A stretch of DNA of 64,000 nt from Eledone cirrhosa (Eukaryota), in NCBI GenBank assembly GCA_964016885.1, contig OZ024740.1, forward strand, positions 137,144,001 to 137,208,000, read 5' to 3'. The notes beneath the pieces are model-generated. The model did not search any database, was not told where the DNA came from, and was given only the letters and a program-made list of their open reading frames with translations. The translations under genes and the position numbers were made by a program. Positions 39,801-55,000 of the stretch are shown one piece after another. Each line of letters opens with the position of its first letter. The first letter of the stretch is position 1.

Positions 39801-40085
39801 TCTTATCCCTTTTCTCTCAATCTCCAATTATCTCTTTCTCTTATCACTTTTCTCTCAATCTCCAATTCTCTCTTTCCCTTCTCACTTTTCTTTCAATCTC
39901 CAATTTTCTCTTTCTCTTCTCACTTTTCTCTCTATCTCCAATCCTCTTTATCTGTTCTCAGTTTTCACCCAATCTCCAATTCTCTCTTTCTCTTATCACT
40001 TTTCTCTCAATCTCCCATTCTCTCTCTCTCTTATCACTTTTCTCTCAATCACCAATTCTCTCTTTCTCTTACCACTTCTCTCATA

Positions 40086-43000
40086 ATCTCCAATTCTCTC
40101 TTTCTCTTATCACTTTTCTCTCAATCTCAAATTCTCTCTTTCTCTTATCACTTGTCCCCCAATCTACAATTCTCTCTTTCTCTTATCACTTTTCTCTCAA
40201 TCTCCAATTCTCTCTTTCTCTTATCACTTTTCTCTCAATCTCCAATTCTCTCTTTCTCTTATCACTTTTCTGCCAATCTCCAATTCTCTCTTTCTCTTAT
40301 CACTTTTCTCTCAATCTGCAATTCTCTCTTTCTCTTATCACTTTTCTCTCAATCTCCAATTCTCTCATTCTCTTCTCACTTTTCCCCTAATCTCCAATTC
40401 TCTCTTTCTCTTATCACTTTTCTCTCAATCTCCAATTCTCTCTTTCTCTCATCACTTTTCTCTCAATCTCCAATTCTTTCTTTCTCTTATCACTTTTCTC
40501 TCAATCTCCAATTCTCTCTTTCTCTTATCCATTTTCTTTCAATCTCCAATTCTCTCTTTCTTTTCTCACTTTTCCCCCAATATCCAATTCTCTCTTTCTC
40601 TTCACACTTTTCCCCCAATCTCCAATTCTCTCTTTCTCTTATCACTTTTCTCTCAATCTCCAATCCTCTCTTTCTCTTATCACTTTTCTCTCAATCACTT
40701 TTCTCTCAATCTCCAATTCTCTCTTTCTCTTATCACTTTTCTCTCAATCTCCAATACTCTCTTTCTCTTTTCACTTTTCTCTCAATCTCCAATTCTCTCT
40801 TTCTCTTATCACTTTTCTCTCAATCTCCAATACTCTCTTTCTCTTCTCACTTTTCTCTCAATCTCCAATTCTCGCTTTCTCTTCTCACTTTTCCCCCAAT
40901 CTCCAATTCTCTCTTTCTCTTATCACTTTTCTCTCAATCTCCAATCCTCTCTTTCTCTTATCACTTTTCTCTCAATCACTTTTCTCTCAATCTCCAATTC
41001 TCTCTTTCTCTTATCACTTTTCTCTCAATCTCCAATACTCTCTTTCTCTTTTCACTTTTCTCTCAATCTCCAATTCTCTCTTTCTCTTATCACTTTTCTC
41101 TCAATCTCCAATACTCTCTTTCTCGTCTCACTTTTCTCTCAATCTCCAATTCTCTCTTTCTCTTATCACTTTTCCCCCAATATCCACTCCTCTCTTTCTC
41201 TTATCACTTTTCTCTCAATCTCCATTTCTCTCTTTCTCATATCAGTTTTCTCTCAAACTCCAATTCTCTCTTTCTCTCATCACTTTTCTCTCAAACTCCA
41301 ATTCTCTCTTTCTCTTATCACTTTTCTCTCAATCTACAACTCTCTCTTTCTCTTATCCCTTTTCTCTCAATCTCCAATTCTCTCTTTCTCTTATCACTTT
41401 TCTCTCAATCTCCAATTCTCTCATTCTCTTCTCACTTTTCCCCTAATCTCCAATTCTCTCTCAATCTTCAATTCTCTCTTTCTCTCATCACTTTTCGCTC
41501 AATCTCCAATTCTCTCTTTCTCTTATCACTTTTCTCTCAATCTCCGATTCTCTCTTTCTCTTATCCATTTTCTCTCAATCTCCAATTCTCTCTTTCTTTT
41601 CTCACTTTTCCCCCAATATCCAATTCTCTCTTTCTCTTCACACTTTTCCCCCAATCTCCAATTCTCTCTTTCTCTTATCACTTTTCTCTCAATCTCCAAT
41701 CTCTCTTTCTCATATCACTTTTCTCTCAAACTCCAATTCTCTCTTTCTCTCATCACTTTTCTCTCAATCTCCAATTCTCTCTTTCTCTTATCACTTTTGT
41801 CTCAATCTCCAACTCTCTCTTTCTCTTATCCCTTTTCTCTCAATCTCCAATTCTCTCTTTCTCTTCTCACTTTTCTCTCAATCTCCAATCCTCTCTATCT
41901 GTTCTCAGTTTTCCCCCAATCTCCAATTCTCTACTTCTCTTAGCACTTTTCTTTCAATCCCCCATTCTCCCTCTCTCTTATCACTTTTCTCTCAATCTCC
42001 AATTCTCTCTTTCTCTTATCACTTTTCTCTCAATCTCCAATTCTCTCTTTCTCTTATCACTTTTCTCTCAATCTCCAATTCTCTCTTTCTCTTATTAGTT
42101 TTCTCTCAATCTCCAATTCTCTCTTTCTCTTATCACTTTTATTCTCAATCTCCAATTCTCTCTTTCTCTTATCACTTTTCTCTCAATCTCCAATTCTCTC
42201 TTTCTCTTATCACTTGTTCCCCAATCTACAATTCTCTCTTTCTCTTATCACTTTTCTCTCAATCTCCAATTCTCTCTTTCTCTTATCACTTTTCCCCCAA
42301 TCTCTAATTCTCTCTTTCTCTTATTACTTTTCTCTCAATCTCCAATTCTCTCTTTCTCTTATCACTTTTCCCATAATCTCCAATTCTCTCTTTCTCTTAT
42401 CACTTTTCTCTCAATCTCCAATTCTCTCTTTCTCTTATCACTTTTCTGCCAATCTCCAATTCTCTCTTTCTCTTATCACTTTTCTCTCAATCTCCAATTC
42501 TCTCTTTCTCTTATCACTTTTCTCTCAATCTCCAATTCTCTCTTTCTCTTATCACTGTTCTCTCAATTTCTAATTTTGTCTTTCTCTTATCACTTTTCCC
42601 ATAATCTCCAATTCTCTCTTTCTCTTATCACTTTTCTCTCAATCTCCAATTCTCTCTTTCTCTTATCACTTTTCTCTCAATCTCCAATTCTCTCTTTCTC
42701 TTCTCACTTTTCCCCTAATCTCCAATTCTCTCTTTCTCTTATCACTTTTCTCTCAATCCCCAATTCTCTCTTTCTCTCATCACTTTTCTCTCAATCTCCA
42801 ATTCTCTCTTTCTCTTATCACTTTTCTCTCAATCTCCAATTCTCTCTTTCTCTTATCCATTTTCTCTCAATTTGCAATTCTCTCTTTCTTTTCTCACTTT
42901 TCCCCCAATCTCCAATTCTCTCTTTCTCTTCACACTTTTCCCCCAATCTCCAATTCTCTCTTTCTCTTATCACTTTTCTCTCAATCTCCAATTCTCTCTT

Positions 43001-46000
43001 TCTTTTCTCACTTTTCCCCCAATCTCCAATTCTCTCTTTCTCTTCACACTTTTCCCCCAATCTCCAATTCTCTCTTTCTCTTCTCACTTTTCTCTCAATC
43101 TCCAATTCTCTCTTTCTCTTATCACTTTTCTCTCAATCTCCAATCCTCTCTTTCTCTTATCACTTTTCTCTCAATCACTTTTCTCTCAATCTCCAATTCT
43201 CTCTTTCTCTTATCACTTTTCTCTCAATCTCCAATACTCTCTTTCTCTTTTCACTTTTCTCTCAATCTCCAATTCTCTCTTTCTCTTATCACTTTTCTCT
43301 CAATCTCCAATACTCTCTTTCTCTTCTCACTTTTCTCTCAATCTCCAATTCTCTCTTTCTCTTATCACTTTTCTCTCAATCTCCAATCCTCTCTTTCTCT
43401 TATCACTTTTCTCTCAATCACTTTTCTCTCAATCTCCAATTCTCTCTTTCTCTTATCACTTTTCCCCCAATATCCACTCCTCTCTTTCTCTTATCACTTT
43501 TCTCTCAATCTCCATTTCTCTCTTTCTCATATCAGTTTTCTCTCAAACTCCAATTCTCTCTTTCTCTCATCACTTTTCTCTCAAACTCCAATTCTCTCTT
43601 TCTCTTATCACTTTTCTCTCAATCTACAACTCTCTCTTTGTCTTATCCCTTTTCTCTCAATCTCCAATTATCTCTTTCTCTTATCACTTTTCTCTCAATC
43701 TCCAATTCTCTCTTTCCCTTCTCACTTTTCTTTCAATCTCCAATTCTCTCTTTCTCTTCTCACTTTTCTCTCAATCTCCAATCCTCTTTATCTGTTCTCA
43801 GTTTTCACCCAATCTCCAATTCTCTCTTTCTCTTATCACTTTTCTCTCAATCTCCCATTCTCTCTCTCTCTTATCACTTTTCTCTCAATCACCAATTCTC
43901 TCTTTCTCTTATCACTTCTCTCTCAATCTCCAATTCTCTCTTTCTCTTATCACTTGTCCCCCAATCTACAATTCTCTCTTTCTCTTATCACTTTTCTCTC
44001 AATCTCCAATTCTCTCTTTCTCTTGTCACTTTTCTCTCAATCTCCAATTCTCTCTTTCTCTTATCACTTTTCTGCCAATCTCCAATTCTCTCTTTCTCTT
44101 ATCACTTTTCTCTCAATCTGCAATTCTCTCTTTCTCTTATCACTTTTCTCTCAATCTCCAATTCTCTCATTCTCTTCTCACTTTTCCCCTAATCTCCAAT
44201 TCTCTCTTTCTCTTCTCACTTTTCTCTCAATCTCCAATTCTCTCTTTCTCTTATCACTTTTCTCTCAATCTCCAATTCTCCCTTTCTCTTATCACTTTTC
44301 TCTCAATCTCCAACTCTCTCTTTCTGTTATCGCTTTTCTCTCAAGCTCCAATTCTCTCTTTCTCTTCTCACTTTTCTCTCAATCTCCAATCCTCTCTTTG
44401 TGTTCTCAGTTTTCCCCCAATCTCCAATTCTCTCTTTCTCTTATCACTTTTCTCTCAATCTCCAATTTTTTCTTTCTCTTATCACTTTTCTCTCAATCTC
44501 CAATCTCTCTTTCTCATATCACTTTTCTCTCAAACTCCAATTCTCTCTTTCTCTCATCACTTTTCTCTCAATCTCCAATTCTCTCTTTCTCTTATCACTT
44601 TTGTCTCAATCTCCAACCCTCTCTTTCTCTTATCCCTTTTCTCTCAATCTCCAATTCTCTCTTTCTCTTCTCACTTTTCTCTCAATCTCCAATCCTCTCT
44701 ATCTGTTCTCAGTTTTCCCCCAATCTCCAATTCTCTATTTCTCTTAGCACTTTTCTTTCAATCCCCCATTCTCCCTCTCTCTTATCACTTTTCTCTCAAT
44801 CTCCAATTCTCTCTTTCTCTTATCACTTTTCTCTCAATCTCCAATTCTCTCTTTCTCTTATCACTTTTCTCTCAATCCCCAATTCTCTCTTTCTCTCATC
44901 ACTTTTCTCTCAATCTCCAATTCTCTCTTTCTCTTATCACTTTTCTCTCAATCTCCAATTCTCTCTTTCTCTTATCCATTTTCTCTCAATTTGCAATTCT
45001 CTCTTTCTTTTCTGACTTTTCCCCCAATCTCCAATTCTCTCTTTCTCTTCACACTTTTCCCCCAATCTCCAATTCTCTCTTTCTCTTATCACTTTTCCCC
45101 CAATCTCCAATTCTCTCTTTCTCTTCACACTTTTCCCCCAATCTCCAATTCTCTCTTTCTCTTCTCACTTTTCTCTCAATCTCCAATTCTCTCTTTCTCT
45201 TATCACTTTTCTCTCAATCTCCAATCCTCTCTTTCTCTCATCACTTTTCTCTCAATCACTTTTCTCTCAATCTCCAATTCTCTCTTTCTCTTATCACTTT
45301 TCTCTCAATCTCCAATACTCTCTTTCTCTTTTCACTTTTCTCTCAATCTCCAATTCTCTCTTTCTCTTATCACTTTTCTCTCAATCTCCAATACTCTCTT
45401 TCTCTTCTCACTTTTCTCTCAATCTCCAATTCTCGCTTTCTCTTCTCACTTTTCCCCCAATCTCCAATTCTCTCTTTCTCTTCTCACTTTTCTCTCAATC
45501 TCCAATTCTCTCTTTCTCTTATCACTTTTCTCTCAATCTCCAATCCTCTCTTTCTCTTATCACTTTTCTCTCAATCACTTTTCTCTCAATCTCCAATTCT
45601 CTCTTTCTCTTATCACTTTTCCCCCAATATCCACTCCTCTCTTTCTCTTATCACTTTTCTCTCAATCTCCATTTCTCTCTTTCTCATATCAGTTTTCTCT
45701 CAAACTCCAATTCTCTCTTTCTCTCATCACTTTTCTCTCAAACTCCAATTCTCTCTTTCTCTTATCACTTTTCTCTCAATCTACAACTCTCTCTTTGTCT
45801 TATCCCTTTTCTCTCAATCTCCAATTATCTCTTTCTCTTATCACTTTTCTCTCAATCTCCAATTCTCTCTTTCCCTTCTCACTTTTCTTTCAATCTCCAA
45901 TTCTCTCTTTCTCTTCTCACTTTTCTCTCAATCTCCAATCCTCTTTATCTGTTCTCAGTTTTCACCCAATCTCCAATTCTCTCTTTCTCTTATCACTTTT

Positions 46001-49000
46001 CTCTCAATCTCCCATTCTCTCTCTCTCTTATCACTTTTCTCTCAATCACCAATTCTCTCTTTCTCTTATCACTTCTCTCTCAATCTCCAATTCTCTCTTT
46101 CTCTTATCACTTGTCCCCCAATCTACAATTCTCTCTTTCTCTTATCACTTTTCTCTCAATCTCCAATTCTCTCTTTCTCTTATCACTTTTCTCTCAATCT
46201 CCAATTCTCTCTTTCTCTTATCACTTTTCTGCCAATCTCCAATTCTCTCTTTCTCTTATCACTTTTCTCTCAATCTCCAATTCTCTCTTTCTCTTATCAC
46301 TTTTCTCTCAATCTCCAATTCTCTCATTCTCTTCTCACTTTTCCCCTAATCTCCAATTCTCTCTTTCTCTTATCACTTTTCTCTCAATCTCCAATTCTCT
46401 CTTTCTCTCATCACTTTTCTCTCAATCTCCTATTCTCTCTTTCTCTTATCACTTTTCTCTCAATCTCCAATTCTCTCTTTCTCTTATCCATTTTCTCTCA
46501 ATCTCCAATTCTCTCTTTCTTTTCTCACTTTTCCCCCAATATCCAATTCTCTCTTTCTCTTCACACTTTTCCCCCAATCTCCAATTCTCTCTTTCTCTTA
46601 TCACTTTTCTCTCAATCTCCAATCTCTCTTTCTCATATCACTTTTCTCTCAAACTCCAATTCTCTCTTTCTCTCATCACTTTTCTCTCAATCTCCAATTC
46701 TCTCTTTCTCTTATCACTTTTCTCTCAATCTCCAATTCTCTCTTTCTCTTCTCACTTTTCTCTCAATCTCCAATCCTCTCTATCTGTTCTCAGTTTTCCC
46801 CCAATCTCCAATTCTCTATTTCTCTTAGCACTTTTCTTTCAATCCCCCATTCTCCCTCTCTCTTATCACTTTTCTCTCAATCTCCAATTCTCTCTTTCTC
46901 TCATCACTTTTCTCTCAATCTCCAATTCTCTCTTTCTCTCATCACTTTTCTCTCAATCTCCAATTCTCTCTTTCTCTTATTAGTTTTCTCTCAATCTCCA
47001 ATTCTCTCTTTCTCTTATCACTTTTATCTCAATCTCCAATTCTCTCTTTCTCTTATCACTTTTCTCTCAATCTCCATTTCTCTCTTTCTCTTATCACTTG
47101 TTCCCCAATCTACAATTCTCTCTTACTCTTATCACTTTTCTCTCAATCTCCAATTCTCTCTTTCTCTTATCACTTTTCCCATAATCTCCAATTCTCTCTT
47201 TCTCTTATCACTTTTCTCTCAATCTCCAATTCTCTCTTTCTCTTATCACTTTTCTGCCAATCTCCAATTCTCTCTTTCTCTTATCACTTTTCTCTCAATC
47301 TCCAATTCTCTCTTTCTCTTATCACTTTTCTCTAAATCTCCAATTCTCTCTTTCTCTTATCACTGTTCTCTCAATCTCTAATTCTCTCTTTCTCTTATCA
47401 CTTTTCCCATAATCTCCAATTCTCTCTTTCTCTTATCACTTTTCTCTCAATCTCCAATTCTCTCTTTCTCTTATCACTTTTCTCTAAATCTCCAATTCTC
47501 TCTTTCTCTTCTCACTTTTCCCCTAATCTCCAATTCTCTCTTTCTCTTATCACTTTTCTCTCAATCCCCAATTCTCTCTTTCTCTCATCACTTTTCTCTC
47601 AATCTCCAATTCTCTCTTTCTCTTATCACTTTTCTCTCAATCTCCAATTCTCTCTTTCTCTTATCCATTTTCTCTCAATTTGCAATTCTCTCTTTCTTTT
47701 CTCACTTTTCCCCCAATCTCCAATTCTCTCTTTCTCTTTCACACTTTTCCCCAATCTCCAATTCTCTCTTTCTCTTATCACTTTTCTCTCAATCTCCAAT
47801 TTTCTCTTTCTCTTATCACTTTTCTCTCAATCTCCAACTCTCTCTTTCTCTTATCCCTTTTCTCTCAATCTCCAATCTCTCTTTCTCATATTACTTTTCT
47901 CTCAAACTCCAATTCTCTCTTTCTCTCATCACTTTTCTCTCAATCTCCAATTCTCTCTTTCTCTTATCACTTTTCTCTCAATCTCCAACTCTCTCTTTCT
48001 CTTATCCCTTTTCTCTCAATCTCCAATTCTCTCTTTCTCTTCTCACTTTTCTCTCAATCTCCAATCCTCTCTTTCTGTTCTCAGTTTTCCCCCAATCTCC
48101 AATTCTCTATTTCTCTTAGCACTTTTCTCTCAATCCCCCATTCTCTCCCTCTCTCATCACTTTTCTCTCAATCTCCAATTCTCTCTTTCTCTTATCACTT
48201 TTCTCTCAATCTCCAATTCTCTCTTTCTCTTATCACTTTTCTCTCAATCTCCAATTCTCTCTTTCTCTTATCAGTTTTCTCTCAATCTGCAATTCTCTCT
48301 TTCTCTTATCACTTTTCTCTCAATCTCCAATTCTCTCTTTCTCTTCTCACTTTTCCCCTAATCTCCAATTCTCTCTTTCTCTTATCACTTTTCTCTCAAT
48401 CTCCAATTCTCTCTTTCTCTTATCACTTTTCTCTCAATCTCCAATTCTCTCTTTCTCTTATCCATTTTCTCTCAATCTGCAATTCTCTCTTTCTTTTCTC
48501 ACTTTTCCCCCAATCTCCAATTCTCTCTTTCTCTTCACACTTTTCCCCCAATCTCCAATTCTCTCATTCTCTTCACACTTTTCCCCCAATCTCCAATTCT
48601 CTCTTTCTCTTCTCACTTTTCTCTCAATCTCCAATTCTCTCTTTCTCTTATCACTTTTCTCTCAATCTCCAATTCTCCCTTTCTCTTATCACTTTTCTCT
48701 CAATCTCCAACTCTCTCTTTCTGTTATCGCTTTTCTCTCAAGCTCCAATTCTCTCTTTCTCTTCTCACTTTTCTCTCAATCTCCAATCCTCTCTTTGTGT
48801 TCTCAGTTTTCCCCCAATCTCCAATTCTCTATTTCTCTTAGCACTTTTCTCTCAATCCCCCATTCTCTCTCTCTCTTATCACTTTTCTCTCAATCTCCAA
48901 TTCTCTCTTTCTCTTATCACTTTTCTCTCAATCTCAAATTCTCTCTTTCTCTTATCACTTGTCCCCCAATCTACAATTCTCTCTTTCTCTTATCACTTTT

Positions 49001-52000
49001 CTCTCAATCTCCAATTCTCTCTTTCTCTTATCACTTTTCTCTCAATCTCCAATTCTCTCTTTCTCTTATCACTTTTCTGCCAATCTCCAATTCTCTCTTT
49101 CTCTTATCACTTTTCTCTCAATCTGCAATTCTCTCTTTCTCTTATCACTTTTCTCTCAATCTCCAATTCTCTCATTCTCTTCTCACTTTTCCCCTAATCT
49201 CCAATTCTCTCTTTCTCTTATCACTTTTCTCTCAATCTCCAATTCTCTCTTTCTCTCATCACTTTTCTCTCAATCTCCAATTCTTTCTTTCTCTTATCAC
49301 TTTTCTCTCAATCTCCAATTCTCTCTTTCTCTTATCCATTTTCTTTCAATCTCCAATTCTCTCTTTCTTTTCTCACTTTTCCCCCAATATCCAATTCTCT
49401 CTTTCTCTTCACACTTTTCCCCCAATCTCCAATTCTCTCTTTCTCTTATCACTTTTCTCTCAATCTCCAATCCTCTCTTTCTCTTATCACTTTTCTCTCA
49501 ATCACTTTTCTCTCAATCTCCAATTCTCTCTTTCTCTTATCACTTTTCTCTCAATCTCCAATACTCTCTTTCTCTTTTCACTTTTCTCTCAATCTCCAAT
49601 TCTCTCTTTCTCTTATCACTTTTCTCTCAATCTCCAATACTCTCTTTCTCTTCTCACTTTTCTCTCAATCTCCAATTCTCGCTTTCTCTTCTCACTTTTC
49701 CCCCAATCTCCAATTCTCTCTTTCTCTTATCACTTTTCTCTCAATCTCCAATCCTCTCTTTCTCTTATCACTTTTCTCTCAATCACTTTTCTCTCAATCT
49801 CCAATTCTCTCTTTCTCTTATCACTTTTCTCTCAATCTCCAATACTCTCTTTCTCTTTTCACTTTTCTCTCAATCTCCAATTCTCTCTTTCTCTTATCAC
49901 TTTTCTCTCAATCTCCAATACTCTCTTTCTCGTCTCACTTTTCTCTCAATCTCCAATTCTCTCTTTCTCTTATCACTTTTCCCCCAATATCCACTCCTCT
50001 CTTTCTCTTATCACTTTTCTCTCAATCTCCATTTCTCTCTTTCTCATATCAGTTTTCTCTCAAACTCCAATTCTCTCTTTCTCTCATCACTTTTCTCTCA
50101 AACTCCAATTCTCTCTTTCTCTTATCACTTTTCTCTCAATCTACAACTCTCTCTTTCTCTTATCCCTTTTCTCTCAATCTCCAATTCTCTCTTTCTCTTA
50201 TCACTTTTCTCTCAATCTCCAATTCTCTCATTCTCTTCTCACTTTTCCCCTAATCTCCAATTCTCTCTCAATCTTCAATTCTCTCTTTCTCTCATCACTT
50301 TTCGCTCAATCTCCAATTCTCTCTTTCTCTTATCACTTTTCTCTCAATCTCCGATTCTCTCTTTCTCTTATCCATTTTCTCTCAATCTCCAATTATCTCT
50401 TTCTCTTATCACTTTTCTCTCAATCTCCAATTCTCTCTTTCCCTTCTCACTTTTCTTTCAATCTCCAACTCTCTCTTTCTCTTATCCCTTTTCTCTCAAT
50501 CTCCAATTCTCTCTTTCTCTTCTCACTTTTCTCTCAATCTCCAATCCTCTCTTTCTCTTCACACTTTTCCCCCAATCTCCAATTCTCTCTTTCTCTTATC
50601 ACTTTTCTCTCAATCTCCAATTTTCTCTTTCTCTTATCACTTTTCTCTCAATCTCCAATCTCTCTTTCTCATATCACTTTTCTCTCAAACTCCAATTCTC
50701 TCTTTCTCTCATCACTTTTCTCTCAATCTCCAATTCTCTCTTTCTCTTATCACTTTTGTCTCAATCTCCAACTCTCTCTTTCTCTTATCCCTTTTCTCTC
50801 AATCTCCAATTCTCTCTTTCTCTTCTCACTTTTCTCTCAATCTCCAATCCTCTCTATCTGTTCTCAGTTTTCCCCCAATCTCCAATTCTCTACTTCTCTT
50901 AGCACTTTTCTTTCAATCCCCCATTCTCCCTCTCTCTTATCACTTTTCTCTCAATCTCCAATTCTCTCTTTCTCTTATCACTTTTCTCTCAATCTCCAAT
51001 TCTCTCTTTCTCTTATCACTTTTCTCTCAATCTCCAATTCTCTCTTTCTCTTATTAGTTTTCTCTCAATCTCCAATTCTCTCTTTCTCTTATCACTTTTA
51101 TTCTCAATCTCCAATTCTCTCTTTCTCTTATCACTTTTCTCTCAATCTCCAATTCTCTCTTTCTCTTATCACTTGTTCCCCAATCTACAATTCTCTCTTT
51201 CTCTTATCACTTTTCTCTCAATCTCCAATTCTCTCTTTCTCTTATCACTTTTCCCCCAATCTCTAATTCTCTCTTTCTCTTATTACTTTTCTCTCAATCT
51301 CCAATTCTCTCTTTCTCTTATCACTTTTCCCATAATCTCCAATTCTCTCTTTCTCTTATCACTTTTCTCTCAATCTCCAATTCTCTCTTTCTCTTATCAC
51401 TTTTCTGCCAATCTCCAATTCTCTCTTTCTCTTATCACTTTTCTCTCAATCTCCAATTCTCTCTTTCTCTTATCACTTTTCTCTCAATCTCCAATTCTCT
51501 CTTTCTCTTATCACTGTTCTCTCAATCTCTAATTTTGTCTTTCTCTTATCACTTTTCCCATAATCTCCAATTCTCTCTTTCTCTTATCACTTTTCTCTCA
51601 ATCTCCAATTCTCTCTTTCTCTTATCACTTTTCTCTCAATCTCCAATTCTCTCTTTCTCTTCTCACTTTTCCCCTAATCTCCAATTCTCTCTTTCTCTTA
51701 TCACTTTTCTCTCAATCCCCAATTCTCTCTTTCTCTCATCACTTTTCTCTCAATCTCCAATTCTCTCTTTCTCTTATCACTTTTCTCTCAATCTCCAATT
51801 CTCTCTTTCTCTTATCCATTTTCTCTCAATTTGCAATTCTCTCTTTCTTTTCTCACTTTTCCCCCAATCTCCAATTCTCTCTTTCTCTTCACACTTTTCC
51901 CCCAATCTCCAATTCTCTCTTTCTCTTATCACTTTTCTCTCAATCTCCAATTCTCTCTTTCTTTTCTCACTTTTCCCCCAATCTCCAATTCTCTCTTTCT

Positions 52001-55000
52001 CTTCACACTTTTCCCCCAATCTCCAATTCTCTCTTTCTCTTCTCACTTTTCTCTCAATCTCCAATTCTCTCTTTCTCTTATCACTTTTCTCTCAATCTCC
52101 AATCCTCTCTTTCTCTTATCACTTTTCTCTCAATCACTTTTCTCTCAATCTCCAATTCTCTCTTTCTCTTATCACTTTTCTCTCAATCTCCAATACTCTC
52201 TTTCTCTTTTCACTTTTCTCTCAATCTCCAATTCTCTCTTTCTCTTATCACTTTTCTCTCAATCTCCAATACTCTCTTTCTCTTCTCACTTTTCTCTCAA
52301 TCTCCAATTCTCTCTTTCTCTTATCACTTTTCTCTCAATCTCCAATCCTCTCTTTCTCTTATCACTTTTCTCTCAATCACTTTTCTCTCAATCTCCAATT
52401 CTCTCTTTCTCTTATCACTTTTCCCCCAATATCCACTCCTCTCTTTCTCTTATCACTTTTCTCTCAATCTCCATTTCTCTCTTTCTCATATCAGTTTTCT
52501 CTCAAACTCCAATTCTCTCTTTCTCTCATCACTTTTCTCTCAAACTCCAATTCTCTCTTTCTCTTATCACTTTTCTCTCAATCTACAACTCTCTCTTTGT
52601 CTTATCCCTTTTCTCTCAATCTCCAATTATCTCTTTCTCTTATCACGTTTCTCTCAATCTCCAATTCTCTCTTTCCCTTCTCACTTTTCTTTCAATCTCC
52701 AATTCTCTCTTTCTCTTCTCACTTTTCTCTCAATCTCCAATCCTCTTTATCTGTTCTCAGTTTTCACCCAATCTCCAATTCTCTCTTTCTCTTATCACTT
52801 TTCTCTCAATCTCCCATTCTCTCTCTCTCTTATCACTTTTCTCTCAATCACCAATTCTCTCTTTCTCTTATCACTTCTCTCTCAATCTCCAATTCTCTCT
52901 TTCTCTTATCACTTGTCCCCCAATCTACAATTCTCTCTTTCTCTTATCACTTTTCTCTCAATCTCCAATTCTCTCTTTCTCTTGTCACTTTTCTCTCAAT
53001 CTCCAATTCTCTCTTTCTCTTATCACTTTTCTGCCAATCTCCAATTCTCTCTTTCTCTTATCACTTTTCTCTCAATCTGCAATTCTCTCTTTCTCTTATC
53101 ACTTTTCTCTCAATCTCCAATTCTCTCATTCTCTTCTCACTTTTCCCCTAATCTCCAATTCTCTCTTTCTCTTCTCACTTTTCTCTCAATCTCCAATTCT
53201 CTCTTTCTCTTATCACTTTTCTCTCAATCTCCAATTCTCCCTTTCTCTTATCACTTTTCTCTCAATCTCCAACTCTCTCTTTCTGTTATCGCTTTTCTCT
53301 CAAGCTCCAATTCTCTCTTTCTCTTCTCACTTTTCTCTCAATCTCCAATCCTCTCTTTGTGTTCTCAGTTTTCCCCCAATCTCCAATTCTCTCTTTCTCT
53401 TATCACTTTTCTCTCAATCTCCAATTTTTTCTTTCTCTTATCACTTTTCTCTCAATCTCCAATCTCTCTTTCTCATATCACTTTTCTCTCAAACTCCAAT
53501 TCTCTCTTTCTCTCATCACTTTTCTCTCAATCTCCAATTCTCTCTTTCTCTTATCACTTTTGTCTCAATCTCCAACCCTCTCTTTCTCTTATCCCTTTTC
53601 TCTCAATCTCCAATTCTCTCTTTCTCTTCTCACTTTTCTCTCAATCTCCAATCCTCTCTATCTGTTCTCAGTTTTCCCCCAATCTCCAATTCTCTATTTC
53701 TCTTAGCACTTTTCTTTCAATCCCCCATTCTCCCTCTCTCTTATCACTTTTCTCTCAATCTCCAATTCTCTCTTTCTCTTATCACTTTTCTCTCAATCTC
53801 CAATTCTCTCTTTCTCTTCTCACTTTTCCCCTAATCTCCAATTCTCTCTTTCTCTTATCACTTTTCTCTCAATCCCCAATTCTCTCTTTCTCTCATCACT
53901 TTTCTCTCAATCTCCAATTCTCTCTTTCTCTTATCACTTTTCTCTCAATCTCCAATTCTCTCTTTCTCTTATCCATTTTCTCTCAATTTGCAATTCTCTC
54001 TTTCTTTTCTGACTTTTCCCCCAATCTCCAATTCTCTCTTTCTCTTCACACTTTTCCCCCAATCTCCAATTCTCTCTTTCTCTTATCACTTTTCCCCCAA
54101 TCTCCAATTCTCTCTTTCTCTTCACACTTTTCCCCCAATCTCCAATTCTCTCTTTCTCTTCTCACTTTTCTCTCAATCTCCAATTCTCTCTTTCTCTTAT
54201 CACTTTTCTCTCAATCTCCAATCCTCTCTTTCTCTTATCACTTTTCTCTCAATCACTTTTCTCTCAATCTCCAATTCTCTCTTTCTCTTATCACTTTTCT
54301 CTCAATCTCCAATACTCTCTTTCTCTTTTCACTTTTCTCTCAATCTCCAATTCTCTCTTTCTCTTATCACTTTTCTCTCAATCTCCAATACTCTCTTTCT
54401 CTTCTCACTTTTCTCTCAATCTCCAATTCTCGCTTTCTCTTCTCACTTTTCCCCCAATCTCCAATTCTCTCTTTCTCTTCTCACTTTTCTCTCAATCTCC
54501 AATTCTCTCTTTCTCTTATCACTTTTCTCTCAATCTCCAATCCTCTCTTTCTCTTATCACTTTTCTCTCAATCACTTTTCTCTCAATCTCCAATTCTCTC
54601 TTTCTCTTATCACTTTTCCCCCAATATCCACTCCTCTCTTTCTCTCATCACTTTTCTCTCAAACTCCAATTCTCTCTTTCTCTTATCACTTTTCTCTCAA
54701 TCTACAACTCTCTCTTTGTCTTATCCCTTTTCTCTCAATCTCCAATTATCTCTTTCTCTTATCACTTTTCTCTCAATCTCCAATTCTCTCTTTCCCTTCT
54801 CACTTTTCTTTCAATCTCCAATTCTCTCTTTCTCTTCTCACTTTTCTCTCAATCTCCAATCCTCTTTATCTGTTCTCAGTTTTCACCCAATCTCCAATTC
54901 TCTCTTTCTCTTATCACTTTTCTCTCAATCTCCCATTCTCTCTCTCTCTTATCACTTTTCTCTCAATCACCAATTCTCTCTTTCTCTTATCACTTCTCTC

